Notes: generated by a model not told the origin, from the letters alone. Counted from the first letter of the stretch, positions 23,143-34,696 are shown. The stretch is DNA of 64,000 nt from Paramoeba atlantica (GCA_977017575.1 CDRNVI010000012.1:1-64000); one strand, 5' to 3'. Numbers and translations are program-made.

Positions 23143-26127
23143 ATGGAAACCCGTAAAAAAGAAACCATCCTCGAGACACAACCTCGAGAAAGTGGTGAAG
23201 TCCGTAGTCTCGACTCCGAAACTGTGATTCCAATACACAACGTATCTGCTCTCAAGGCATGTGACAGTATACAAGGGAATTTGTCTCCAGATTCGCCTCA
23301 TCATGCAGCAAATTCGCAGAAGAATTCACCTATTCTAGATAATTCCGTTGAGCACAGCGTTCCGTGGGATTTGCGTGCCGTTGGTTCTGCTGACAGCACT
23401 CCAATCTTTGGGTTTCTGAGCAATCGATTTTTCTGGGGCAAAATAGACTTTGCTCTGCGGGTGGCTCTTTTATGCATATTACCGACTTCACTGCTGCTTA
23501 ATTTAGAAGCGACAAAACATTGTTTTACTTCTACGCCAATCATGACTATGGGCTCTATTTTGGGATATCGGGCAACGGTTGGTGAGACCGTAAGTTTCTT
23601 GTTTCACACTCTAAGCGGTGCCGTGTTTGTTCTTCCCGTGGGAACAGCTGTGTCGCTTCTCAATCTGCATCAAAACGGACTACTATGGGGTGTGGCCTAT
23701 GCATTATTGACGTTCATTTTCGGTGCATTGTGCATAGACGATCGTTGTAAGAGAATTAGCTTGTTGTTACTGACTGTCTCATGCGTTGGACACTACAGAA
23801 CAATGGAGGCCGGCGTGGAAGATGTTTGGTTAACTTCCCGATTGGTAAGCGAGTTCTTCCTTGGAGTCGGCTTCGGAGTGTTTGCTCAATTTTTTCCCTA
23901 TCCGCGCCGGGCGACCCAGGAAGTTGATACAACACTTCATGCCATCTCAAGAGATATTAGTTTGTGCTTTGCTGGGCTTTGCGATTCATTTTGGTGTGGA
24001 AAAAATATGGATCGAAACGTAAATCTCGTGCGCATTCGATTTGCAAAGAGGGCGCTCGAGCAAAATTTTCACGAGTTGCAGGAGAGTAGCAAAGACTCCA
24101 TGACGGAGCCTGAACTGCTGCATACAACCAGAGAACGCGAATCCAAGAGGTATGTTTTCGAACAACTAAACGAGATATTGCTCTCTATGCTACGAGTTGT
24201 GGAAAATCTGTCGCAAGTGTCGGATGCAGTGTTAAACTCTCGGCGAATGGAGGCCTGGGCAAATACGCTTTCCATTCCGCTGAAAGACCTTGTCCGTGAC
24301 GCTGAGGCTATTTGCTTTGGGCTTGGTGAAACAGGGTCCTTAAAAGATGCTGACCTGAAGCTTTCCTCGCTGGAGACTTGTCTCGATCGATTCGAAGATA
24401 AAATTCTGGATGGGCGCCGAAGAATTAATTACGGTTTGGGAAGGCCACCTACTCCTCAAGAAGTTGAAAATAATGCGCTTATTAACTTTTTCAACTTTCA
24501 TGTACGGACATTCTGCACTGTATTACTCGCTATACGTTCGTCGAAGCAGGAACGTCCTAAATGCCTACCGCTTTGGAAAACCTATCTTCTGAAGGGTCCC
24601 AAGGATTTGATCGATAGAATCTTTCGCTATGTTACATTCCAATATTCGAATCACGACCTTCGTCGTCTGAAAGAGTCTTTTAAGACGAGTCTAGCGCTAA
24701 CGCTTTCTGTCGCCTTTTTTGCCATGCATAGTCCGCGTTATGCGTGGCTCACGGGGCCTACCATCGTATGTTTCGTTGCTTCTGATGATCCTGGGTCCGC
24801 TGTTGTAGGAGCAGCTCAACGTCTTTTTGGCACACTGATGGGTGCAGTTATAGGTTTCTCAGCCGGTTCCCTTGTGCACTCAACGACTGGGCTAGTTATT
24901 GCATCTTGTGTTACATTGTTCGCATTTAATTTGGCACGAACTGGGAAGGCTTACGGAACTGCTGCTTTTTACGGTTGCTTTGTTCTTGTTGGGATGCTAA
25001 CACCGGGCATAGACACAGATGAGGCTATTGTACGTATCATGCAAAACACGTTTTCTGTCATGATATACATTGTTATTTCTCTACTCCTCTTCCCCACTTC
25101 TGCCAGGGCTGAACTTATTGCTCAAAGAACGATTACAATGAAGCACTTAGCAGCATCTCTGTCTTCTTGTTTGGCGGTCTTTGGCAAGCGTCTAAGCTCC
25201 ATTTGCGACTTGGAAACGTCTCTGTCTGCTATGAAAAAATCGTTGGCGCTGGAGAGCACATGGCTTTCTCTGGCAGAAGATGAACCAGATATGCGACGCA
25301 CACCGTACCCTGTGTACTCAAGTGGCAAGCTGCACCGTGTGTTTCTAAACATGCATGCAATCTTGGAAACGAGCAGTGCAGCATGGAAACTTATGTTTAG
25401 CGTTCCCTCTGTACAAGAAGTACAATCATCCGAAAAAATGCAGTACCGATCCCCTAGTCAAGACAAAATAGTATTGCGACGAAATTCTGTACTCCGACCA
25501 AACTACGCAGCAATCCAAAAGGGAATAATCAACGGAAAATGTCATGAAAAACATCATCTTTCTGAAGCTGCGATTTCGATACTTTCCACCTTGGAACCTG
25601 TTGGGAATGAAATCGGGGAGCACTGCAAGTCCATAGTATGCATGCTCATAATATCCCTTCTTAAGAAACATTCGGCATTGGCTTCGGAAATTGTTTCGCA
25701 TTCTACAAAGCTTACGGAACTGATCAATGTTCTACGTCACTACCGTGACAGAGAATTACGTGGCATGATACAACATGCGCTTGAAAATGTGGCAGAAGAA
25801 GCAGGCAGCTCCACGAAGCTATCGAGTGTGGAAGATCTACATTCTCAAGGAAGTGTGAAGGATGAGATTGAATCCTCGAAACCGTTTCTATCATGTACCG
25901 AATTTCTTGGACATCAGAGTATTAGCATGAAGCCAGATGACGATGATCTTTGTGAGTCGACTCAGTTTTCGACTCCTTATCCTAAGCATCAGCCAATGCC
26001 TATCCGAAGTGAAGAAGCGGAGGGAGTTCATGCCGTCATTTATTCGCTATCTCTGTTCGCGGCAGAACTACGAGAAGCTCTTCTCTGTGTTGAAGATTTA
26101 CAACAAGCGGAATTAGCCGAAGTTTGA
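23143..26127 (+). CDS. Multi-pass membrane protein, FUSC/aromatic-acid-exporter (ALMT-like) type
   Basis: Two clusters of about 5-6 TM helices, each followed by a helical soluble region; KTSLALTLS..WLTGPTIV..AAQRLFGTLMG resembles FUSC_2. Confidence 0.65.
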   Translation: METRKKETILETQPRESGEVRSLDSETVIPIHNVSALKACDSIQGNLSPDSPHHAANSQKNSPILDNSVEHSVPWDLRAVGSADSTPIFGFLSNRFFWGKIDFALRVALLCILPTSLLLNLEATKHCFTSTPIMTMGSILGYRATVGETVSFLFHTLSGAVFVLPVGTAVSLLNLHQNGLLWGVAYALLTFIFGALCIDDRCKRISLLLLTVSCVGHYRTMEAGVEDVWLTSRLVSEFFLGVGFGVFAQFFPYPRRATQEVDTTLHAISRDISLCFAGLCDSFWCGKNMDRNVNLVRIRFAKRALEQNFHELQESSKDSMTEPELLHTTRERESKRYVFEQLNEILLSMLRVVENLSQVSDAVLNSRRMEAWANTLSIPLKDLVRDAEAICFGLGETGSLKDADLKLSSLETCLDRFEDKILDGRRRINYGLGRPPTPQEVENNALINFFNFHVRTFCTVLLAIRSSKQERPKCLPLWKTYLLKGPKDLIDRIFRYVTFQYSNHDLRRLKESFKTSLALTLSVAFFAMHSPRYAWLTGPTIVCFVASDDPGSAVVGAAQRLFGTLMGAVIGFSAGSLVHSTTGLVIASCVTLFAFNLARTGKAYGTAAFYGCFVLVGMLTPGIDTDEAIVRIMQNTFSVMIYIVISLLLFPTSARAELIAQRTITMKHLAASLSSCLAVFGKRLSSICDLETSLSAMKKSLALESTWLSLAEDEPDMRRTPYPVYSSGKLHRVFLNMHAILETSSAAWKLMFSVPSVQEVQSSEKMQYRSPSQDKIVLRRNSVLRPNYAAIQKGIINGKCHEKHHLSEAAISILSTLEPVGNEIGEHCKSIVCMLIISLLKKHSALASEIVSHSTKLTELINVLRHYRDRELRGMIQHALENVAEEAGSSTKLSSVEDLHSQGSVKDEIESSKPFLSCTEFLGHQSISMKPDDDDLCESTQFSTPYPKHQPMPIRSEEAEGVHAVIYSLSLFAAELREALLCVEDLQQAELAEV

Positions 26128-26414
26128 GGATCGAGTGATTATTTAACATGCTAAAGTCTTGGGCGACTATTGAGCAAAAGCACACTCGAACTGGACTCCA
26201 TTTTTTGTCGCAAAAGAGTTGCTTACACCTGTTTTGCTGTTTTTATTGACTTTACATTTAGCTCTACATTTTACTCTTACACAAATCATACGAAGTATAC
26301 AGTAGCCTGCAGTGTATGACAGTGTTTATAAAACGTTGCACTCAAACAGTTCACTTAACCTCCGCAACACTACTAAACCCTTTACACTTGTAACTACAAC
26401 CCCACACTTCAAAA

Positions 26415-28037
26415 ATGTCGAAAAAACCACGCCACACGCTCGACTACATCCACGACTTGGGTATTCGCTACGGGATGAAGCTGGTTCACAACGCTCCCAC
26501 CGCAACACTCTATGAGTACGAAGTCCGCACCACCCCGAGTTCGAAAGTCACCAGCACTGGAGCCCTTAGCGTACTCTCCGGCGTCAAGACCGGACGTTCC
26601 CCCAAAGACAAGCGTGTGTGTCGCGACGAGGACTACGAGAAGGACGTGTGGTGGGGTGAAGTCAATGTCCCGATCGAGCCCGAAAACTTCGCGACCAGCG
26701 TCCAGCGCGCGGTGGATTTTCTAAACACCCGGGATCACCTGTTTGTCACCGACTGCTACACCGGCTGGGATCCGCTCTACCGTATGAAAGTGCGTATCAT
26801 CACGACCCGGGCCTACCACGCGCTGTTTATGAAGAACATGCTCATCGAACCCACCCCCGCGGAGTTGGCGAATTTCGGCAAGCCGGACTTTGTGATTTAC
26901 AACGCCGGCCAGTGGACGCAGTCCAAGTTGGAACGTGGCGTCACGTCCCAGACCATGGTCGGGCTTTCGTTTCGCCGTAACGAGATGGTGATTATGGGTA
27001 CCGAGTACGCCGGGGAGATGAAGAAAGGGGTGCTGACTCTGATGATGTACACCCTGCCAAAGGCGGGGCAGCTCACCATGCATGCCAGTGCCAACGAGGG
27101 CGTCTCAGGTGATGTCTCCGTGTTTTTTGGACTCAGCGGGACGGGAAAGACTACGCTCTCTGCCGATCCCCATCGTAAGCTCATCGGGGACGACGAGCAC
27201 GTGTGGACCGATCACGGGATCTTTAACGTCGAAGGGGGGTGCTACGCCAAGGCGATTGGGCTCTCCAAGGACAATGAGCCCGACATCTTCAACGCGATTC
27301 GGTTCGGCTGTGTTGTGGAGAATGTTGTGCTGAATGACGGCCGGGTGGTGCAGTACAACGATGTGAGTATCACAGAAAACACGCGCTGCTCCTACCCGCT
27401 GCACCACATCGACAATGTAAAGCTTCCCGCCGTCGGGGGTCACCCAAAGAATATCATCCTTCTGACGAACGACGCCTTTGGATGCCTCCCTCCCGTCAGC
27501 AAGCTTACGGAGCCCCAGGCGATGTACCAATTCATCAGTGGGTACACCGCAAAGGTACCGGGTACGGAGATGGGGATTGTCGAACCCACCCCCACCTTCA
27601 GTGCGTGCTTCGGAGGACCGTTTCTTGTGTGGCACCCCACGGTGTACGCTAAACAGCTTGCTGAGCGTCTGCAAAAGTACAATGTCCCTTGCTGGTTGGT
27701 GAACACGGGCTGGGTGCAGGGTCCCGCCGGGCAAGCCCCTCGCATCAAGCTTCGCTGGACGCGGAAGATTTTGGATGCGATTCATGACGGTAGTCTCGTC
27801 AAGGCACGGTACGAGGTGATGCCGGGATGGGGCTTCCGTATTCCCAAATCGTGCCCAGGCGTGCCGAATGAAATCTTGAACCCGTACAACGCATGGAAGA
27901 ATAAGAAGGCGTATGTGCAACAGGTCAACAAACTGGCTCGTATGTTCCGTGAGAATTTTAAGAAGTACGAGGCCAAGGCGGATCCGGCGCTTCGATCAGT
28001 GAATCCTCAAGATTACCAAGTCAACGCTAAGTTGTAG
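26415..28037 (+). CDS. PEPCK: ATP-dependent phosphoenolpyruvate carboxykinase with PTS1 (glycosomal/peroxisomal type)
   Basis: TGRSPKDKR, GTEYAGEMKK, MHASAN, P-loop FGLSGTGKTTLS, LIGDDEH, FNVEGGCYAK; ends in -AKL. Confidence 0.97.
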   Translation: MSKKPRHTLDYIHDLGIRYGMKLVHNAPTATLYEYEVRTTPSSKVTSTGALSVLSGVKTGRSPKDKRVCRDEDYEKDVWWGEVNVPIEPENFATSVQRAVDFLNTRDHLFVTDCYTGWDPLYRMKVRIITTRAYHALFMKNMLIEPTPAELANFGKPDFVIYNAGQWTQSKLERGVTSQTMVGLSFRRNEMVIMGTEYAGEMKKGVLTLMMYTLPKAGQLTMHASANEGVSGDVSVFFGLSGTGKTTLSADPHRKLIGDDEHVWTDHGIFNVEGGCYAKAIGLSKDNEPDIFNAIRFGCVVENVVLNDGRVVQYNDVSITENTRCSYPLHHIDNVKLPAVGGHPKNIILLTNDAFGCLPPVSKLTEPQAMYQFISGYTAKVPGTEMGIVEPTPTFSACFGGPFLVWHPTVYAKQLAERLQKYNVPCWLVNTGWVQGPAGQAPRIKLRWTRKILDAIHDGSLVKARYEVMPGWGFRIPKSCPGVPNEILNPYNAWKNKKAYVQQVNKLARMFRENFKKYEAKADPALRSVNPQDYQVNAKL

Positions 28038-28660
28038 ACCGTTTTCATATATCATATTGAACGAACGTTCATACGTTCGGCATTCAGATCAAAAACAAAA
28101 AGGAACGATATCTAAATAAAATATTATGTAGTTTATCACTATGGAAGAGCGTTTCTATACATGGAGCGCGGTTATTTAGGCGGTTATCTTTCAACAATTT
28201 ATTCTTTCAACAGAGTACGCGTTTAACATGGGCTGTCGATTGAGTAGTAGAAGCTCGGAATTTTTCCATATTGATGAAATTTTTGAGTACTATTGTTGAT
28301 AAGACCGTATAACGTTTTAAAGTAAGTAAAGTGTTTTGCTAGATTTGGGCTGCATTGATGACAATATTATTTTGACTATACGATTTTTTGATACGAATAC
28401 GGATTCAAGCATCTGTGCGCTCCGGAGTCAGCTCACTTCGCTGTGCCACTGAATTGGTATGCATGCGTTGATTTTTTATCAGCTGAATGTGTGCTGATAA
28501 CCTTTATTGTATATTTAAGTGGCACAGAAATACCTCAGTTCTACCATTGGATTTACTATTTTAGCATTCTTAGGATTACGACAACTAGAATGTACGTCTT
28601 CTAATGCACTATTGGAAAACACTATTGGTATTTTTTCGTTATATTCTTCGATACCTATAA

Positions 28661-30598
28661 ATGGCTGACATTGAAGATTTAGCTTCAAGGGGTCACAATG
28701 AGGCTCCTCACATGTATCTTGATGAATATGAAGAAGCTATCGTTACATCTAAAATACAGAAACTTCCAAATTTGCAACAACTTTTAGAGGAGGAGGCTCC
28801 TTATCAAGCCTCAGTTCCCGAAGAAGACGTCGAAATATACCAAACTATTGTTACGGAGCTCATATCTCGAAATCCAACTTCTAAAAAGGCAATTGATCGT
28901 GAAATCCCGCGTCTTCGGAAGCAATACAAAAAGGCTTGCAGCAAGGCGAATCTTCTGGCTACATATCAAGCGTTACTTCAAAAAGGGAGCATTTCTCATC
29001 ACGAGATTTTGGACGACTATCTTATCAAGAAATCTACACGAAGCAGCAGCGGAGTTTTGGTCGTGACTGTGTTTACCTCACCGTATCCTGAGGTTAACGG
29101 GGTGAAACAACGATTTTCATGCCAATGGAATTGTCATTATTGTCCTAATGAGCCCGGGCAACCCCGCAGCTATTTATTAAATGAACCAGGAGTTCGGCGG
29201 GCGAATCGTCTGGATTTTGACCCCATCGTACAGTTCCAAGAAAGGGTCCGCACCTTGACTGAAATAGGCCATACCCCTGACAAGGTGGAGGTCCTTGTTT
29301 TGGGCGGTACCTGGGAGAGCTATCCTATGGAATATCAAGAGACTTTTATTCGCGATGTGCTCTTTGCTGCAAACACCTATGCAAAACCAACACGACGGCG
29401 TGAGTCACTTGAGGCCGAGAAACGATTCAATGAAACCGAGAGTGTTCGTGTCATTGGCATAACACTTGAGACACGTCCTGACACAATCAACCCAGAGATG
29501 GTGCGTCGGCTGCGGCAGCTCGGGTGCACGCGTATTCAACTTGGTGTGCAGCACTCCGATGATAATATCCTGCAAGCCGTGAATCGAGGAAGCACCAGGG
29601 CAGACGCCGTTCGAGCGCTTCGTTTATTAAAAGACGCTTGTTTCAAGATTGACATTCATATTATGCCGGATCTCCCCGGGGCCACCCCGGAGGGGGATAA
29701 GGCTATGTTTGACGACTTCTTGTACAACAGCGACTTACAGGCGGACCAGTGGAAGATTTACCCATGTCAAATCACTCCCTGGACGCTTATCCAGCAGTGG
29801 TTTGAGCAGGGCAAGTACCGTCCCTACGGCCTGGAGAACCTGATTGACGTTATTTGTTATGCCAAGCAGCGTGTTCACCCGTGGATTCGGTTGAATCGTG
29901 TGATTCGAGACATTCCCGCCGAGTATGTCCTGGGAGGCACTTGTTGTGGGAATCTTCGGCAGTCGTTGGAGAGTCGATTGCACGCGGCCGGTCGTCACTG
30001 CCGCTGTATTCGCTGTCGTGAGGTGGGTACCGACGCCCAGGCACTTAGCAAACGACACGAGGCCGTGTTGGTACGACGGGATTACATTGCCCAACAAGGA
30101 TTGGAGGTGTTTCTCTCCTATGAGTTGCCTGAGACCGATACGCTCTATGGCTTTCTCCGTCTCCGTTTGACACGCACTGCCGGTGAAGATGCCTTTCCTG
30201 AGTTGCGTGGGTGTGCGTTGATCCGTGAACTCCATGTCTATGGTCGTCTTGTGAAGACATATGCCAAGCACGCTTCACTCCCCCAACACACGGGTTTTGG
30301 AAAAGGACTCCTTGCGGCGGCAGAAGCCATTGCACGGGATTTCTGTTTTTCTTCTATTGCAGTGATCAGCGGCGTCGGGGTGCGCACGTATTACTCCGCG
30401 CGTGGATACCATCTACAAAACAGATCTGAAGGAGCGTTTCAGATAAAATCATTGAAATATTCTCCCGTGTTCCGCTGTGCTCTATTATTTAGAACGAGAC
30501 TAGAAAGAGATAATGATGTAGAGCAGTTTTTTATTCTGATGTTGTATTTCGTGAGTCATTTTCTTATGTTTTGCTCGGGGACGAGGTGGATCATTTAA
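28661..30598 (+). CDS. ELP3: Elongator subunit ELP3 (radical SAM + KAT)
   Basis: CQWNCHYC (CxxxCxxC), LGGTW, TLETRPD, KIYP, IRELHVYG, QHTGFGKGLL, ISGVGVRTYY. Confidence 0.95.
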   Translation: MADIEDLASRGHNEAPHMYLDEYEEAIVTSKIQKLPNLQQLLEEEAPYQASVPEEDVEIYQTIVTELISRNPTSKKAIDREIPRLRKQYKKACSKANLLATYQALLQKGSISHHEILDDYLIKKSTRSSSGVLVVTVFTSPYPEVNGVKQRFSCQWNCHYCPNEPGQPRSYLLNEPGVRRANRLDFDPIVQFQERVRTLTEIGHTPDKVEVLVLGGTWESYPMEYQETFIRDVLFAANTYAKPTRRRESLEAEKRFNETESVRVIGITLETRPDTINPEMVRRLRQLGCTRIQLGVQHSDDNILQAVNRGSTRADAVRALRLLKDACFKIDIHIMPDLPGATPEGDKAMFDDFLYNSDLQADQWKIYPCQITPWTLIQQWFEQGKYRPYGLENLIDVICYAKQRVHPWIRLNRVIRDIPAEYVLGGTCCGNLRQSLESRLHAAGRHCRCIRCREVGTDAQALSKRHEAVLVRRDYIAQQGLEVFLSYELPETDTLYGFLRLRLTRTAGEDAFPELRGCALIRELHVYGRLVKTYAKHASLPQHTGFGKGLLAAAEAIARDFCFSSIAVISGVGVRTYYSARGYHLQNRSEGAFQIKSLKYSPVFRCALLFRTRLERDNDVEQFFILMLYFVSHFLMFCSGTRWII

Positions 30599-30785
30599 CT
30601 TAAACAGAAAATAACCGACTTATAATTTTCTGACTTCCTCTCAGTATTATTCCAATTGATAGAGTGCTATCAGTGGTCTCCTTACTTTTACAGATAAAAA
30701 ATATAAGAACGTTTGTTTCTGTGCCATTATATTTTTTATCAATTTTCTGCAACTAGAAAGCTCGTAACATTTTCATTTCTTTTAT

Positions 30786-31364
30786 ATGGAATCCGCCGAA
30801 AAAGTATTCTCAGCAATGACTGAGATTAAGGATCTCCCAACAGATCTTGAATGTATTGATCACGCAGTTGTAATTACGAAGGAAAATAGAAAATATTTGG
30901 TCCATAAGCGATTGCTAGAGCAAAGCCCCGTAATTCGAAATATACTCATGGAAATGGAAAATGACGGACTTGAAATACCGCTTCCAGACATGGAATCCCG
31001 CACATTGCAATGTGTTTTCGATTTTCAAACTTATCACGAGGCGAATCCTTTGAAGGAGATCGAAAAACCTCTTCGGGCTAAACTGCAAGACGTACTCAGC
31101 GAATGGGACTACGAATTTTATAAAACTCGTTTATTAGAAAATGGAGACGAATCTAAAAACTCACAGTTATTTAAAGTTCTGAAAGCCGCAAACTTTCTCA
31201 TATTGCTACCTTTACGAGATCTGTGCTGTGCCGCAGTTGCTGCTTCTATTATGGGAAAGTCAGAAACAGAAATTCTTAGTTTCTTTCAAATAAAAGAACC
31301 TGTAACCCCAGAGTGCGAAAAAAAACTTTATGACAATTATCCATGGCTACGCGAAAAATGTTAG
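30786..31364 (+). CDS. SKP1: SKP1-family protein
   Basis: QSPVIRNIL, IPLPDMESRTLQCV, WDYEF, LKAANFLILLPLRDLCCAAVA..IMGKS: SKP1 POZ and dimerisation pattern. Confidence 0.85.
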   Translation: MESAEKVFSAMTEIKDLPTDLECIDHAVVITKENRKYLVHKRLLEQSPVIRNILMEMENDGLEIPLPDMESRTLQCVFDFQTYHEANPLKEIEKPLRAKLQDVLSEWDYEFYKTRLLENGDESKNSQLFKVLKAANFLILLPLRDLCCAAVAASIMGKSETEILSFFQIKEPVTPECEKKLYDNYPWLREKC

Positions 31365-31800
31365 GCGAACTTCATCTGGTAATGGAGAATTAAGAAAAGG
31401 AAACTTCATTACTCGACGGTTTCAGTTTTTTTCCTTTCATATATTCTCGTTAGTTACCTATGGAACGTAAGTATTACGTACTAACTTACCAGGTTTATTA
31501 GTACTATACCCCGCTACATAATTGTCACCCCCCCATCCTCCTACTTAATTGTCATTTCTGGGAAAAGATAGTGAATTCCTCCCCCTACATATTTTTTTTT
31601 ATCAAAATCCGATTTGTGTCGAAAAAAAATATTATTGTCCAATTACACACTATTTAGATTAAAATTACTCCTTAACTCTAAAACCTCATTGCACGCAATT
31701 TAGATTTAAAAACTATTTCGTTACGTTTAGTTCCGTTTTTACTATTTTTAGATTATCCCGCCTCATGGTTCTCCGAGGCAGAAGCAGATTACGGGCAGGC

Positions 31801-32136
31801 TCTCTCTCCCCTCTACATCACAGTAACCTTCAACCCCGCTCTCTCCCCTCCACACGGCAGTAACCTTCAACCCCACTCTCTCTCTCCTCCACACGACAGT
31901 AACCTTCAACCCTGCTCTCTCTCTCCAATCCACACGACAGTAACCTTCAACCCTGCTCTCTCTCTCCCCTCCACACGGCAGTAACCTTCAACCCCACTCT
32001 CTCTCTCCTCCACACGACAGTAACCTTCAACCCTGCTCTCTCTCTCCAATCCACACGACAGTAACCTTCAACCCTGCTCTCTCACCAATCCACACAACAG
32101 TAACCTTCAACCCCACTCTCTCTCCCCTCTACACGA
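31801..32136 (+). repeat. C-rich minisatellite, 8 units of 37-41 bp, core CAGTAACCTTCAACCC, with 121-bp higher-order trimer
   Basis: Core at 31821, 31858, 31897, 31938, 31979, 32018, 32059 and 32098. Confidence 0.95.
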
Positions 32137-32901
32137 CAAAGATAATATAAAAATGTTCAAAGAGAGACTTTGACGCTCCTCAATCATCATACTTCATTGT
32201 ACGCATGTCATGTCCGGTTAATTTCTAGCAAATTTAGTCTTTTTTTCAATTTCCCCCAAAACAATGATTTTTTATAGCATTCTTTCCGAAATTCTTTCTC
32301 TTTAATCCTTGCGGTTTTAATAGCTACTGCTTCATTAACTTTTGGAGCAATGCAGTGGAAGTTAGATCGGCAAAGATTTCAATGGATATTTGTATTTTTT
32401 TAGTCACTGCACACAACCCTCCTCGGCCCACAGAGAAACCTTCTTCAAAGTGAGCTTTTTTTGACAGGAAAATCGAGCACGCGCCACACAGGGCACTATA
32501 AAATGCTGAAGCAAAGCAAGATATTTCAAAAAAATGTGATTCATGAAGTGAGTTTGCTTTCACGTTTGTCGTAAGTAAAAAAAAGGTAATTTTGCTTTAA
32601 TTTCACCTCATGTCCGCAGCAAGCCTGGAGAGAACACGTGTGCACTTCATGTAGTGACACAACATGCTTTGTGACATACCGTGCTTTGTTTGGTGTGCAA
32701 GGTGACGTAATTTCCTACGTAATAAGTAGGGGGGTACTACTCTGAACTTTATGTCTGTACTTTCAGTATGTACATTCTGTAGTGTGGGTGCATTGTGTAT
32801 ACTTGAGAAAGAAGTGTCGGTTAAAGTGAATAAAATCTGGCGTGTTCCTCATTTTTGATATTTCTATTATTGAGTGCAAATTATACGCTCGTTTATTGGT
32901 A

Positions 32902-33250
32902 AACCCTGTTCCGGGTTATTGTGCCTAGAGCTACTTATTGTGCAGGGGGGGCACAATAAGTGGAAACAACCACTATTATTGTGCCCCCCCCTTCAAAATA
33001 TGGCGCCGCCAGGCGGCGCCGTAATTTTTTGGTTTTTTATTCCCATTTTCTCGAAAATAACGTAGTTTGTTCAACAACACATCCCTTAAATAGAATGTTT
33101 TCTGCACATGAACGTGTTTGTCCATAAAAAAGTCGCCGCGAAGCGGCGCCAAATATATCTTTTAACCCTTTTTTTGGTTTTCCAATATTTAGTTATTGTG
33201 CCTAGAGCCAGTTATTGTGCAGGGGGTGCACAATAACCCGGAACAGGGTT
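32902..33250. mobile_element. MITE (Tc1/mariner type), 349 bp, 23-bp perfect TIR, TA target duplication
   Basis: TA|AACCCTGTTCCGGGTTATTGTGC ... GCACAATAACCCGGAACAGGGTT|TA; internal TTATTGTGC motif present 7 times. Confidence 0.88.
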
Positions 33251-33325
33251 TAGAATTATTTTATTACCTATTCGAAATGCAAGGAATAGAACGATTTTAG
33301 TATTGGTTTTCACTTTTTTGTTCTT

Positions 33326-33565
33326 ATGCAGAATGAAGCTCAAGAATATTTTACACAGTACCGAATTCCTGAAATACTAGATCAAGTTGTGATCGATCTG
33401 CTGAAAGAAAAGCCATTGAAACCGTACTCAAAAATTGCGTTCCTTTTCCGTGTCCAGAAAGAAAATTTGCGGAAGAGTAAAACCCTTGAAGGCATCAATG
33501 AGGATAGGGCCTTAGATGTACTTAAAGATGTTTCAATCGAGAGGGGAACCAACCACGCTAATTAG
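33326..33565 (+). CDS. Small protein with RIIa/Dpy-30-like dimerisation motif
   Basis: AQEYFTQYRIPEILDQVVIDLLKEKPLKPYSKIAFLF fits the YLxxxxIxxxLxxxxxxLLxxKPxxP pattern. Confidence 0.6.
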   Translation: MQNEAQEYFTQYRIPEILDQVVIDLLKEKPLKPYSKIAFLFRVQKENLRKSKTLEGINEDRALDVLKDVSIERGTNHAN

Positions 33566-34078
33566 CAATCGGGTATCTTCAGGAACGTTACCTACTTTTC
33601 TTTGGTACTCTTGGCAGACATTCAATATCGTGGACTTGCGCAATCACTGCGAAGAGTGAGCAAGAGACCGAAACCAGAAATACTCTGATTCTGCATAGAA
33701 CTCTATTCTATGCATAGTACATGGCTCTTCTAGTGTGAGGTACCAGAAGTTTACTATTCGTTGAAAAGGATCTCATAACCTCTAGTTATCTGAGGCCCTC
33801 TGAAACTGCGTTTATTTTAGTTGTGACAGGTTCCCTAAGAGTCTTCTTTTCATGTTTTTGGGCAGTGTTTTTTCTAAGTGTTATTAAAAAAGATTCTCTC
33901 TATCTGCAGTGCAATGTTATAGTAGTAGCGAACCCACTGAACCACCAGCGATTTAAAATCACGATAATTGATTTGCTCAGAATGTTATTCAATTTTCTTT
34001 TAAAATAAATTAGAAATACGTATTTCTTGAAATGTACAGAGATCCCAATAGACACGATAAACATAATTCCTTTCAAAA

Positions 34079-34288
34079 ATGGATTTATTAGATGAAATAG
34101 CGATTGCTCCGCTAACGACGTTTGCGAAAAACTCTAAAATGCTAGTTCAAAAATGCACTAAACCTAATTACAAGGAATTTACGAAGACTGGTCTATCCAC
34201 ACTCGTCGGCTTTGGCATCCTTGGAGCAGTTGGGTATTTCATAAAAATAGTATTTATTCCTATAAACAACGTGATTATGGGAGCGTAG
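34079..34288 (+). CDS. SEC61G: Sec61 translocon gamma subunit
   Basis: KCTKPNYKEF..VGFGILGAVGYFIKIVFIPINNVIMG. Confidence 0.96.
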   Translation: MDLLDEIAIAPLTTFAKNSKMLVQKCTKPNYKEFTKTGLSTLVGFGILGAVGYFIKIVFIPINNVIMGA

Positions 34289-34696
34289 GAACGAAGAACT
34301 TGAAAATAGGATCATGCGAGAGAGTAGCCTACTCAAAAATAGATTATGCAGATTAAAAAAAGACGAAGGTACATTACGCTAGTCACGGAGTATATGTGGC
34401 GTAACTTATTATTTGCAATCTTAAGGTATTCCAAAAAAAGTTTTTCAGCGTTTAAAAAAAGATTTTTCAGGTTTTAAAAAAAGATTTCTCGACAAAAAAT
34501 GTTCATCTCAATACACGTACAAGGGGTGCGAACGTGTATGTCTGTATGGCATGTTCTTGTTACAGATGCATTTAAGAGCGTTGATCAATTAGTCACTACA
34601 GTTAAGTAAAATGTATTAGGACAACTATTGCAAAGGAAATCATTTTCTAAAAATATGCATACATACAAAAGTCTGCAAACATGTATCTAGTAGCTT

